Of a stretch of 64,000 nt of DNA, positions 31,150 through 40,601 are shown piece after piece. This DNA is from Chitinophaga pinensis (GTDB lineage: Bacteria > Bacteroidota > Bacteroidia > UKL13-3), in assembly GCA_945873755.1 (NCBI GenBank), contig CAMCEM010000002.1, forward strand, positions 3,915 through 67,914, written 5' to 3'. The notes under the pieces are model-generated. The model worked only from the letters and a program-made list of their open reading frames with translations, had not been told where the DNA came from and did not search any database. How positions within the stretch are numbered: position 1 is the stretch's first letter; each line of letters starts with the position of its first letter. The position numbers were made by a program, and so were the translations under genes.

Positions 31150-32113
31150 TGTAACCAATGTATTTAGTTACCCCATAATGGTTTCTTTCCGAAGAATTTC
31201 TGCTTATTAATTCACCAATAAATCCTGCTAAAAACAACTGCATACCAATAATTATTGAAACTAAAGCAATATAAAACATGGGTTGTTCAGTAATTCCTCT
31301 GCTTAATGGCCAATTGTGTGAAGCATACCAAATTTTTTGAAAACCAATATATGCAGCTCCAAAAAAACCAAACATAAAAAATAATGTTCCTAAAACACCA
31401 AAAAAGTGCATGGGTTTTTTTCCGAATTTAGAAACAAAAAATATGGTTAGTAAGTCTAAAAATCCATTTATAAAACGATCGAAACCAAACTTGGTAGTAC
31501 CATATTTTCTGGCTCGGTGTTCTACTTCTTTTTCAGTTATTTTTACAAAACCATTCCATTTAGCCAATACAGGTATGTATCGGTGCATTTCGTTGTAAAC
31601 TTCTATGGCTTTTACCACATCTAACTTATACGATTTTAAACCACAGTTAAAATCATTCAATTGAATGCCGCTCATTTTTCGGGTAGCCCAATTAAAAACT
31701 TTAGTAGGTAAGGTTTTGGTTATTGGGTCGTAACGTTTCTTTTTCCAACCACTTACCAAATCAAATCCATCATTCACTATCATACTATACAATGATGGAA
31801 TTTCATCTGGACTATCTTGCATATCGGCATCCATAGTTATAACCACATTGCCAATTGCTTTATGAAAAGCAACATTTAACGCTGCCGATTTTCCATAATT
31901 TCTTCTAAACTTAATGGCTTTAATATTTGTGTTTTTTATAGCCAATTCTTCCACTATTTTCCAGCTATTGTCTGTACTTCCATCATCTACCAAAATTACT
32001 TCGTAAGTAAAATTGTTTTCGTTCATTACACGTTCAATCCAAGCCATTAACTCGGGCAACGATTCGTCTTCGTTATAAAATGGTATAACTACCGAAATTT
32101 GAATATCTTTCAC
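31142..32113 (-). CDS. Glycosyltransferase family 2 (ArnC-like)
   Basis: VVIPFYNE, VDDGSTD, RNYGKSAAL, MDADMQD, C-terminal TM segments. Confidence 0.92.
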   Translation of the reverse strand: MKDIQISVVIPFYNEDESLPELMAWIERVMNENNFTYEVILVDDGSTDNSWKIVEELAIKNTNIKAIKFRRNYGKSAALNVAFHKAIGNVVITMDADMQDSPDEIPSLYSMIVNDGFDLVSGWKKKRYDPITKTLPTKVFNWATRKMSGIQLNDFNCGLKSYKLDVVKAIEVYNEMHRYIPVLAKWNGFVKITEKEVEHRARKYGTTKFGFDRFINGFLDLLTIFFVSKFGKKPMHFFGVLGTLFFMFGFFGAAYIGFQKIWYASHNWPLSRGITEQPMFYIALVSIIIGMQLFLAGFIGELISRNSSERNHYGVTKYIGYNE

Positions 32114-32219
32114 TTATAAATATTTTATGGGTTTAAGGTTATTGATTTTACTAAAAGTCTAAACTTATTTAAGTATCAACAGAATCTTTTTTTTACAAAA
32201 TGGCAAATATTTAAGTTAA

Positions 32220-32378
32220 CTATTTTATTTTAATTTTGGGCAATCCAACAGTTCTTAGCATTTCGTTTGCTTCATCCACTTTCTCTTGAAAAATGGGCAT
32301 TTTTATGTATTTTTCCAATGAATTATCAATTCGAATAATTGGAATTTTCTCTTCGTTTAATTCTTTTATTGTTTTCAT
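32220..32378 (-). CDS. 52-aa hypothetical protein (absent from the ORF track)
   Basis: MKTIKELNEEKIPIIRIDNSLEKYIKMPIFQEKVDEANEMLRTVGLPKIKIK*. Confidence 0.6.
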   Translation of the reverse strand: MKTIKELNEEKIPIIRIDNSLEKYIKMPIFQEKVDEANEMLRTVGLPKIKIK

Positions 32379-32407
32379 AATTACTTAGATTTCAAGAATT
32401 GATTTTA

Positions 32408-32965
32408 CTAAACATCCAACTTGTTATAAGCATCGTCAGGATGCTGTTTTTGCAGAAAAATAGCAAGTATTAATCCAACTATCAAAGCATACAAATTTGT
32501 CATAATTAAATAAGAGGATAATTTTGACATTGCAGTATTTGCAACTTTCATTTGCGATAAAATTTCCATCTTTTTATCTTCATCAAAAAAATCATTTTCT
32601 AAAATGGTTTTCTTTATTAATTCATATTCTTTTGCTAACTCCTCTGGATTTATAAAACTATAATAAGCCAATTTCCACAATGCAACTAATACTGAAGCAG
32701 TAACACCAATGGCTAAAGCAGTTTTTAAAACTTCACCATATTTACTGTATCCATTAAAATCAATATCTCTGCGGGTTTTCATGCCAATAAAAATAATTGC
32801 AACTGATGAAATAAATGAAACAATAAAATCAATAACTGGATGTTCGCCTCGGTAGGATCCCGTTATAAAAAACATTAAATCAATTACAATAATTGCCATG
32901 GTATAAATAATACCAAATTTTAATGCGGTTTGCCAAAGCGATTTAAAATTTTCGGAGCTAGTCAT
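32408..32965 (-). CDS. DUF4199-like membrane protein
   Basis: Four TM segments, ALKFGII, Y..FINP; located upstream of GT2. Confidence 0.75.
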   Translation of the reverse strand: MTSSENFKSLWQTALKFGIIYTMAIIVIDLMFFITGSYRGEHPVIDFIVSFISSVAIIFIGMKTRRDIDFNGYSKYGEVLKTALAIGVTASVLVALWKLAYYSFINPEELAKEYELIKKTILENDFFDEDKKMEILSQMKVANTAMSKLSSYLIMTNLYALIVGLILAIFLQKQHPDDAYNKLDV

Positions 32966-32974
32966 AAAATATAA

Positions 32975-33637
32975 TTATTTTGGGTTTGTAAATGCTAGTA
33001 ATGAAGCCAACACACTTAACTCAAATGGATTAAATTTATTGCTGTATTGGTTTACCATATTGGTTAAATGAGGTGTTTGGAAAAACATTACCATTGGAAC
33101 TAAAATATCTTTTATTGGCGAATCATCACTTAACGAGTTTTTCAAATTAATCAAATCATCAATATCGGCTTCTTCCAAATCGTTTTCAATTAATGGTTCA
33201 TATATTTTAAATTCATCTTGAAACTCATCCATATCAGTCAGTAAAAATTCATTTAAAAAATCACCTATCGATATTTCTGCATCAGCATCATTGGCTTCAT
33301 TAATGTATAAAAACACATTTAATAATTCAGTTCCACGTTCTACCGTTTTCTCTTCTATCTCTTCCCATTCTTCACTGTCAAAATACTCTTCGCTATGCAC
33401 AAAAGCTGATAAGAAATGAACCAACATTAAATCGAAAATTATTTCTTCTATTTCGCCATAACCATTAGTTCCAATTATTGCATCAAGCCCTTTTAGTTTT
33501 AATTCAAAACTGGTAGACTCTTCAAATATTTTGCTGCATTCAGAAAATACATCTTTTAGGTTTTTATCTTTTGCATAAGTTTCAAGCATTGCCTTAAGCG
33601 ACCCTAAAATTATTTTCGATTGTTGTTCTACTATCAT
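32975..33637 (-). CDS. Acidic hypothetical protein
   Basis: Open frame in operon context; RGTELLN motif. Confidence 0.7.
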   Translation of the reverse strand: MIVEQQSKIILGSLKAMLETYAKDKNLKDVFSECSKIFEESTSFELKLKGLDAIIGTNGYGEIEEIIFDLMLVHFLSAFVHSEEYFDSEEWEEIEEKTVERGTELLNVFLYINEANDADAEISIGDFLNEFLLTDMDEFQDEFKIYEPLIENDLEEADIDDLINLKNSLSDDSPIKDILVPMVMFFQTPHLTNMVNQYSNKFNPFELSVLASLLAFTNPK

Positions 33638-33640
33638 TAT

Positions 33641-34924
33641 TTAGTTTTTGTTGTTTTTACTTTTATAAAACGATGCCATTACTTTTCCTGTAATTTCTTT
33701 ATTGTAAAGCATACTGTTTCTCGATTTTGATTTATTGGTTAAATTATTAAAAATCCATTTTTTAGTTGGGTCAAATAATATAAAATCTACTGTTTGGTTT
33801 TTGTCTAATATGGGTAAGTCCTGTCCAATAATTTCGCGAGGATTTAAACAAAGTTTTTCTACAATATTGCTTATTTCAAACCCTTTAGGAGCATTGGCAA
33901 TTACCATTGACAATAAAGTTTGTAATGTTATCATTCCTTCTTCGGCATATTCAAACTCTACTTCTTTATTTTCAATATTCTGTGGGTTATGGTCGCTTAC
34001 AATTGCATCAATGGTTCCATCTATTAATCCTGCCCACAATGCTTTTTTATCTTCTTTACCTCTTAGTGGTGGATTTAACTTTAAGTTCGAATTATAGTCT
34101 TTTAAATCGCTGTCAACAAAACAAAGATTTGCAATGGCCACATCACAAGTTATATTTAATCCTTGCCTTTTTGCATTTTTAATAATATCAACTGATCCTT
34201 TTGATGAAATATGTGAAAAATGAATGGCAGCATTGGCATATTTGGCCAACTCAATGTCTCTTTTAATTGCCAATTCCTCGGTTAATGCCGGAATTCCTTT
34301 TAATCCCAACAGAACACTAGAATTGCCTTCGTGCATTTTACCACCATTGCTTAGGTTTACATCTTCGGCATGTACAAATATTTTACCACCAAAAACCTGA
34401 ATATATTGCAAAGCCCTAAGCAACAAACTACTATTTTTAATGGCATTATTGGCATCTGTAAAACCTATTGCACCAGCTAAATGCATGTCGTACATTTCGC
34501 TTAGCTCTTTGCCTTCCATTTTTTGGGTGATGGTGCCATATGGCAATAAATTAGTTTGTAAAGTATTGGTTTTATTTATAATATACTCCACTGCACTTTT
34601 ATTATTGGTAGAAGGTTCACTATTGGGCAACACACATACAATTGAAAAGCCACCAGCCAAAGCTGTATTTGATAAAGTTTCTAAAGTTTCTTTGTGTTCA
34701 TTTCCTGGATCAGTGCCATGCGCCCTTAAACATACCATTGACGGCATTAACCAAGTTTTTTTTGCATCCCAAATGTTTTTGTATTTTGTACTATTCGCAA
34801 ATTGTTTTTTACTACTTAAAACAATTGTATCGATATGGCTATCAACTATTAAAACATCGCAAACTTTATTAAAAAAAGGACTTGCAGGGAAACAAATAGT
34901 AGCATTTAAAATTAATATTTCCAT
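33641..34924 (-). CDS. pyrC: Dihydroorotase-like amidohydrolase
   Basis: A..GGF, LPNSEP, HAED, HISS, KLNPPLR, SDHNP; start MEILI at 34924 follows the promoter motif TACATTCG (34947-34940). Confidence 0.85.
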   Translation of the reverse strand: MEILILNATICFPASPFFNKVCDVLIVDSHIDTIVLSSKKQFANSTKYKNIWDAKKTWLMPSMVCLRAHGTDPGNEHKETLETLSNTALAGGFSIVCVLPNSEPSTNNKSAVEYIINKTNTLQTNLLPYGTITQKMEGKELSEMYDMHLAGAIGFTDANNAIKNSSLLLRALQYIQVFGGKIFVHAEDVNLSNGGKMHEGNSSVLLGLKGIPALTEELAIKRDIELAKYANAAIHFSHISSKGSVDIIKNAKRQGLNITCDVAIANLCFVDSDLKDYNSNLKLNPPLRGKEDKKALWAGLIDGTIDAIVSDHNPQNIENKEVEFEYAEEGMITLQTLLSMVIANAPKGFEISNIVEKLCLNPREIIGQDLPILDKNQTVDFILFDPTKKWIFNNLTNKSKSRNSMLYNKEITGKVMASFYKSKNNKN

Positions 34925-35018
34925 AAAAAGAAAGCTTGGCGAATGTAATGGTTTCATTTGGGAAATCAAATTTATGCCTGAAATTCGGATTGCGGAATGA
35001 CAAAAATGCGGAAAGAGA

Positions 35019-35074
35019 TAATAGTTAATGGACCATAGACGATAGATTTATGCTTATTGTATTTTGTAATTTGT
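35019..35074. repeat. Eight degenerate heptamers, opposite polarity to the adjacent octamer array
   Basis: TAATAGT TAATGGA CCATAGA CGATAGA TTTATGC TTATTGT ATTTTGT AATTTGT. Confidence 0.6.
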
Positions 35075-35112
35075 CTTCCTGATCTTGTCGAAAGAGGCAA
35101 TTAGCAATAGAC

Positions 35113-35320
35113 AATTAAACAGTTAAACAGTTAAACAGTTAAACAGTTAAACAGTTAAACAGTTAAACAATTAAACAATTAAACAATTAAACAATTAAAC
35201 AATTAAACAATTAAACTATTAAACTATTAAACTATTAAACTATTAAACTATTAAACTATTAAACAATTAAACAATTAAACAATTAAACAATTAAACAATT
35301 AAACAATTAAACAATTAAAC
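35113..35320. repeat. Tandem array of 26 octamers in blocks of 1/6/6/6/7
   Basis: AATTAAAC x1, AGTTAAAC x6, AATTAAAC x6, TATTAAAC x6, AATTAAAC x7. Confidence 0.97.
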
Positions 35321-35333
35321 AACCACAACAATC

Positions 35334-35939
35334 TTAGCTCAATCCTATTTCTTCTGCCCAATGAATTAATTGAGGCAAATTGACTACACCTGCTTTTTTC
35401 ATTAAATTTTTTCGATGTGTGCCAACAGTAAACTGACTCAAATACAATTTTTCTGCAATTTGAGAGGAAGTGTTACCGGCTAAAATTAATTTTAATACAT
35501 CCATTTCGCGTGGTGATAAAAATGTTTTTTGCTCTGTTTTAAGAAGCCTACTTTTATTAATTACTTTTTCGTTGTTGGCTACTTTGTATATAGTTTCCAA
35601 AAGCTCCTTTTGGCCTACATTTTTTAATAAATAAGCATAAACATTATAATTAATTGCATCTAATAGTAACCTGCGTTCTAAGTGCATAGAAAGAATTATA
35701 AACCTGGTTTCTGTTTTATGAAATAGTTCTTTAATAATTTCCATACCTTCCTTTTGTGGCATTCGCAAATCAATAAGCGCTATGTCGGGTTTTAAACTAA
35801 CTATATCGTTATAGGCGGTTAATCCATTGGTGGCTGAACCAATAATACAAATATTTTTTTCGTTTTTAAGTAATAAACTCAAGCCATCTATTACTATTTG
35901 GTGGTCATCGGCTAGGTATAAATTAATTGATTCTTTCAT
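35334..35939 (-). CDS. NarL/LuxR-family response regulator
   Basis: LADDH, IDLRMP, LSMH, YLLK; HTH LSPREMDVL...IAEKLYLS..TV.THRKN. Confidence 0.93.
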   Translation of the reverse strand: MKESINLYLADDHQIVIDGLSLLLKNEKNICIIGSATNGLTAYNDIVSLKPDIALIDLRMPQKEGMEIIKELFHKTETRFIILSMHLERRLLLDAINYNVYAYLLKNVGQKELLETIYKVANNEKVINKSRLLKTEQKTFLSPREMDVLKLILAGNTSSQIAEKLYLSQFTVGTHRKNLMKKAGVVNLPQLIHWAEEIGLS

Positions 35940-35944
35940 AGTAA

Positions 35945-36718
35945 TTAGGTTAAAGGTAGTTCTATAATAATGGTAGTTCCGTTGGTTGACGAATCAATAT
36001 TAATAGTGCCATTAAAAGCTGAAAGCCTACTTTTTATATTGTGTAATCCTATTCCAGTTTTGGCATTATTTTCTGTTGCATTTTCAAAACCTTTACCATT
36101 GTCTTCGGCTATTAACAGCAGCTTACTTTCATCGTTTAACAATACTTGAACCGAAGCTTCGGTAGCAAAAGCATGTTTTTTTATGTTATTTAATAATTCC
36201 GAAATTATACGGTACAAAGCAAATTGTAATTCTTGGTTGATTGTTTCATCAAAGTTTTCAATGTATAAACTGTATTTGCACAAACCTTTATTATTTAAGT
36301 GTTGCACATACTCTTCCATCGATTTATTTAACCCTTTCGAAAACAAAGAAGATGGTATTAAATTTTGCGATATTTCTCTTATTTCATCAATGGTTTCGCT
36401 TATACCTTGGCTCACTTGTTTTAGTAAATTTACATCCGTTATGCTTTGGTTATACAAATATTCCAAACTCATGTTTAAGCCCGAAAGTTTAGCCCCAATG
36501 CCATCGTGCAATTCCTCGGCTAGGCGTTTACGTTCCTTTTCTTCTCCTTCGGTTAAAGCTATTAATAAAGCCTGCTGTTTATTTAATTCTTGCTGTTTTA
36601 ATTGCAAATTATACTCACTTACTTTTTTTTGGTGAAGAACAACATAATAAATAATGAACCCCACCAAAAGGAATGAAAAGAAGGTGCCAATAAAATAAAA
36701 AATAGTTAAGCTTTCCAT
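35945..36718 (-). CDS. Sensor histidine kinase (HisKA_3) with a single TM and no sensor domain
   Basis: ERKRLAEELHDGIG, ELLNNIKKHA, EDNGKGF, GIGL. Confidence 0.92.
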   Translation of the reverse strand: MESLTIFYFIGTFFSFLLVGFIIYYVVLHQKKVSEYNLQLKQQELNKQQALLIALTEGEEKERKRLAEELHDGIGAKLSGLNMSLEYLYNQSITDVNLLKQVSQGISETIDEIREISQNLIPSSLFSKGLNKSMEEYVQHLNNKGLCKYSLYIENFDETINQELQFALYRIISELLNNIKKHAFATEASVQVLLNDESKLLLIAEDNGKGFENATENNAKTGIGLHNIKSRLSAFNGTINIDSSTNGTTIIIELPLT

Positions 36719-37338
36719 TTAAAACAAGTGAATGATTTGGCAAAAAGAATATTGGCAATAATATTAAATACTGAATGAATATCAATTGACAAATAGGCTG
36801 TTGGTGGCACTAACTGACTTATCATTAAAAACATATAAAAGTTTATTGAAAAATAAATTAACACCCCTGTTGTAAACCAAAACATTGCTTCTTTGTAAAT
36901 AATTGTATTTTTATTAATGCTGTTTAGGTTTAAATAATAATAATAGAATGAAGTTATTATTAAAACTATACTTTCAGTTGGCCTTGCCACATTGTTATGC
37001 GTATAAATAGTATTTATAAAAAAAGCATCTAAAAAAGCTATTGTAATAAAAACGAAAATAACTGATATATATATATAAATATGTTTGTTAAAATACTTCC
37101 AAAAAACCCAAAAAAACAAACTGAATTCTAATGGAGTAAACAAATGTAAAAGTGGAACATTGGTGCCATAAACTTTTTTAAATTCAGTTACAAAGTACTC
37201 GAAAAATACAGATACACAAAAAAAATAAACAAGTCTTTTAAAAGGCTTGTTTATTTTTTTAAAGTAAATTAAACCAAAAATAACTGGTAGAAAACTACTG
37301 AATTTTGAAATTTCTGTTAGAATGTCTGAAAAGTTCAT
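36706..37338 (-). CDS. Multi-pass (6-7 TM) membrane protein, putative receptor subunit
   Basis: Hydrophobic throughout; N..L.H.F...EF, ES, FW...G.LIYF; overlaps the kinase start by 13 nt. Confidence 0.8.
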   Translation of the reverse strand: MNFSDILTEISKFSSFLPVIFGLIYFKKINKPFKRLVYFFCVSVFFEYFVTEFKKVYGTNVPLLHLFTPLEFSLFFWVFWKYFNKHIYIYISVIFVFITIAFLDAFFINTIYTHNNVARPTESIVLIITSFYYYYLNLNSINKNTIIYKEAMFWFTTGVLIYFSINFYMFLMISQLVPPTAYLSIDIHSVFNIIANILFAKSFTCFKWKA

Positions 37339-37344
37339 TTTTAT

Positions 37345-38088
37345 TTATTTTGGGCAATTGGTAGCATTATAAAGTCTGCTTGATGCATCACAATAATTTC
37401 CGCCTAAACATATTTCATCAGCTGATATATAATTGCCTTTAATTATATCATTGAAAGTAGTATCGTTCACATATACTACAGGAACCATTTTTAAATCTAA
37501 AGTACCTTCATGAATATACTGATACAAACGAACTGCAAATTCACCATTGGAATTTTTCATCAAACTCTGAATTTTTTCCTTACCAAAATACCACGAACGA
37601 GGCACTATAAAACTACTATCTTTTTGTGTAGGTACAACCACTATTGCAGGTGCTGCACTGCATCTTGGTGGACATAAATCAGAAAATTCATAAACATAAT
37701 TATCACTTAAATAATCAGTTTTTGAATTGCCAGGACCAGATCCTATTACAGGTATCATTACTAAAGTTAATGAATCTTCATTAAATTTTCTTTCACTATT
37801 TATTGCAGCATAAAATTTTATTCCAACCAAATTAGGAATTCCATCAATCATTTGTTTTATACCTGTTTCAAATAACCAAGCACTTGGAACATAATATTTA
37901 TTTTCATTTAAAAATCGTGTAATAAAACACTCAGCGGTGTCTAAAGTAGTAGGTTTTACAAGCATAACTTTTGCTGTTGAATCTTCATTAGAAGAATTAG
38001 TTTGTTTATTGCCAAATTTACCACAACTAAGCATGGTAGCAGTAATTGAAATGAATAAAGCAATTTTAAAGAAGTTTTTTGTTTCCAT
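37345..38088 (-). CDS. Lipoprotein with a tandem-duplicated domain ending in CPPRC / C...C
   Basis: Lipobox MLSC; internal repeats VPSAWLF/VPRSWYF, GIKFY/AVRLY, LTLVMIPV/LDLKMVPV. Confidence 0.75.
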   Translation of the reverse strand: METKNFFKIALFISITATMLSCGKFGNKQTNSSNEDSTAKVMLVKPTTLDTAECFITRFLNENKYYVPSAWLFETGIKQMIDGIPNLVGIKFYAAINSERKFNEDSLTLVMIPVIGSGPGNSKTDYLSDNYVYEFSDLCPPRCSAAPAIVVVPTQKDSSFIVPRSWYFGKEKIQSLMKNSNGEFAVRLYQYIHEGTLDLKMVPVVYVNDTTFNDIIKGNYISADEICLGGNYCDASSRLYNATNCPK

Positions 38089-38147
38089 AATTTTATTTTT
38101 TTTAGTTAGTGTGCAGCAAATATTAAAAAAAATACCATACCACCACC

Positions 38148-38208
38148 TACCAATTTCTTGGTATTTTTTTACTCAACTATTTTTTCAAAAAATACCAAGT
38201 TCTTGGTA
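38148..38208. promoter_or_regulatory. Two palindromic TACCAA-N4-TTGGTA boxes in the divergent promoter
   Basis: 38148-38163 TACCAATTTCTTGGTA; 38193-38208 TACCAAGTTCTTGGTA. Confidence 0.75.
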
Positions 38209-38286
38209 TGTTTTCTTAATTTTTTTTGGTAAATGTTTGTAGCGGTAAAAACAAAATAATTTAAACCTTTTATTAAAAAAACAAAA

Positions 38287-40497
38287 ATGAAAAAAACAAT
38301 TACACTTTTAAAAGCAGTTATTGCAGTTGCAATAATTGCATCATGCGGAAAAGAAACTGTTGAAAAAACTACCACTACAACAGGTGCCACCACTACCCCT
38401 ACAAAAACACCATTAGATTATGAAATTGATTATAGTGTAAATGTTAATTACTCTGTAATGGTAATTTCAGGTAATCATTATTCTTTAGGTGTTGGAAAAA
38501 CCAATAATTCAAGCGTTGAGGGTGCTTTAGTAACAATTACACAAGGCAGCAAAACAATTCAAAGCACAACCAATGTGCAAGGAATTGCTTCTTTTTCTGG
38601 AATCTATAAAGGATTAATAGCAGTTAGTATTGTAAAAAACGACTTTACAACTTTAAACTATTTGGTAACTGCTAACGGTTCTGTATCGGAAGCAAATGGC
38701 AAACAGCTTGACATAGCCAATATGGTTCCTATTTTTAAAATTAAAAATGATGTAACTGTTGCTCAATTAACTGGAAAAGTAACTTTTCAAAGTGATTTAA
38801 CCAATGAAAACAAAGAAAATGTTCCATTAAATACTTTGGTAACAGCTACCATTGATGCCAATGACCCAACATTTAAAGCTAGCTATATAAATGTGGCAAA
38901 TACTGGATTCTTAGCATCAATCAATAATGGTAAAATTGTACAATTTGCTTATGAAGGATTTTTTTATGATAGCACCGATGCAAACGGTATTTACAATATG
39001 ACAGTTCCTGCTGCTATTGCCGGTTTGCCTTTTAAAATTAGCGCTACCGATTTAGTTGCTGATCAAAAAGTATTTGAAAATACAGGTGTTTCAGGCTTTA
39101 ACAGAACTACCTCTTTTAGAACTGTATTTAGCCCTGACGAAATTCCTACACCTGTGCCAAATGCAGGTGGTGCTGAAGTATTGTTTTTAACAGGTTCAGG
39201 TGCCAGTGCTTTTGCAACTATTTCGGGTAGCGGACAAATAGATAGAATAAATATAACTAGTGGAGGTACTGGTTATGTGGCTGCACCAAAAGTTACAATT
39301 ACTGGAGGTGGAGGAACTGGGGCAACTGCTACAGCAACCATAAATAATGGTGTGGTTACTGGAATCAATATTGTGAACGGTGGATCAGGTTATTCGGCTG
39401 AACCTACAATAACTATTAGTTCAGGAACTGGTGCTACAGTATCGGCTAGTGTTGGTGGCGGAGGTTCAGTAGTTACAGTTGCTGTTGTAAATTCAGGAAG
39501 TGGATACACTACTACTCCAAATGTAACTATAGCTGCACCTACATTACCTGGAGGCGCTGCAGCTACTGCAACTGCAAACGTATCTGGTGGAAGAATAACA
39601 AGCATCACACTTACAAGTGGTGGATCTGGATATACTTCGGCTCCTAGTGTTACAATCGACCCTGCTCCATCGGGTGGTATCAATGCTACTGCTCAAACGG
39701 GTTTCTCGGGCTTATCCGTTCAAACCGTAACCATTACAAACCCCGGTTCAGGTTATACTGGCGCTCCTACAGTTACATTTTCCGACCCTTCATTACCAAC
39801 AGGAACCAAAGCAACGGGCTCCGCTATTTTCGACCCTGCTACAGGTTCAGTAATTGGTATTTCAATATCTAATCCTGGTTCTGGCTATTTTGCGCCACCA
39901 TCGGTTACTTTAAGTTCTGGCTCTGGAGCAAGTGGACAAGCAGTATTTTCTGGTCGCTCTATAACTGGGTTTACGGTAACCAACCCAGGTGCAAATTACA
40001 CATCGGCACCAAGAGTAAGAATTACTGGAGGAGGAGGAACAGGCGCACAGGCAACTGCAATTATTGCAAATGGAAGAGTTACTGGATTTAATATTACCAA
40101 TCCTGGTCAAGGTTATACTTCATCACCAAGTGTTGAGTTAATAGCAGGCAGTGGCGCCCAAGCATCTATCATTATTGCCAATGGGCAAGTTTCTACCATT
40201 AATATAGTAAATGGTGGAAGCCAATACACAGGAGCACCAACCATAGTAATTAACCCTTTACCTTCAAACGGACCTGGTGGAGGCGCAACCGCAACTGCCA
40301 CTATTGATGCAAATGGTGCTGTTACTAGTGTAACCATTACTAACCCAGGTACAGGATATATTGGGGGCAATATACCTTCCATTGCTGAACCATTTAGTTT
40401 AAATCCTAGTGCAATTAATAATAAAATAAATGTAAAACCTGGATTGAATTACATAAGAGATATACATTATGGTACTGGTAAAAAATTACCTCAGTAA
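38287..40497 (+). CDS. Large lipoprotein with about 10 Gly/Thr-rich G(S/T)GYxxxPxV(T)I repeats
   Basis: Lipobox IASC; repeats such as GSGYTSAPSVTI and GGGGTGATATA. Confidence 0.85.
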   Translation: MKKTITLLKAVIAVAIIASCGKETVEKTTTTTGATTTPTKTPLDYEIDYSVNVNYSVMVISGNHYSLGVGKTNNSSVEGALVTITQGSKTIQSTTNVQGIASFSGIYKGLIAVSIVKNDFTTLNYLVTANGSVSEANGKQLDIANMVPIFKIKNDVTVAQLTGKVTFQSDLTNENKENVPLNTLVTATIDANDPTFKASYINVANTGFLASINNGKIVQFAYEGFFYDSTDANGIYNMTVPAAIAGLPFKISATDLVADQKVFENTGVSGFNRTTSFRTVFSPDEIPTPVPNAGGAEVLFLTGSGASAFATISGSGQIDRINITSGGTGYVAAPKVTITGGGGTGATATATINNGVVTGINIVNGGSGYSAEPTITISSGTGATVSASVGGGGSVVTVAVVNSGSGYTTTPNVTIAAPTLPGGAAATATANVSGGRITSITLTSGGSGYTSAPSVTIDPAPSGGINATAQTGFSGLSVQTVTITNPGSGYTGAPTVTFSDPSLPTGTKATGSAIFDPATGSVIGISISNPGSGYFAPPSVTLSSGSGASGQAVFSGRSITGFTVTNPGANYTSAPRVRITGGGGTGAQATAIIANGRVTGFNITNPGQGYTSSPSVELIAGSGAQASIIIANGQVSTINIVNGGSQYTGAPTIVINPLPSNGPGGGATATATIDANGAVTSVTITNPGTGYIGGNIPSIAEPFSLNPSAINNKINVKPGLNYIRDIHYGTGKKLPQ

Positions 40498-40513
40498 TTT
40501 GTAAATCAATTCA

Positions 40514-40578
40514 TTTGTCCGTGGTTGTTATTCTCATCAATCGAATTGTAGCTGGTGAGAATAGCATACATGGACAAA
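40514..40578. terminator. Long imperfect hairpin after the repeat lipoprotein
   Basis: TTTGTCCGTG..GTTATTCTCATCA ... TGGTGAGAATAGC..CATGGACAAA. Confidence 0.5.
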
Positions 40579-40601
40579 ATAATTTGTAAACATTTCATTT
40601 T

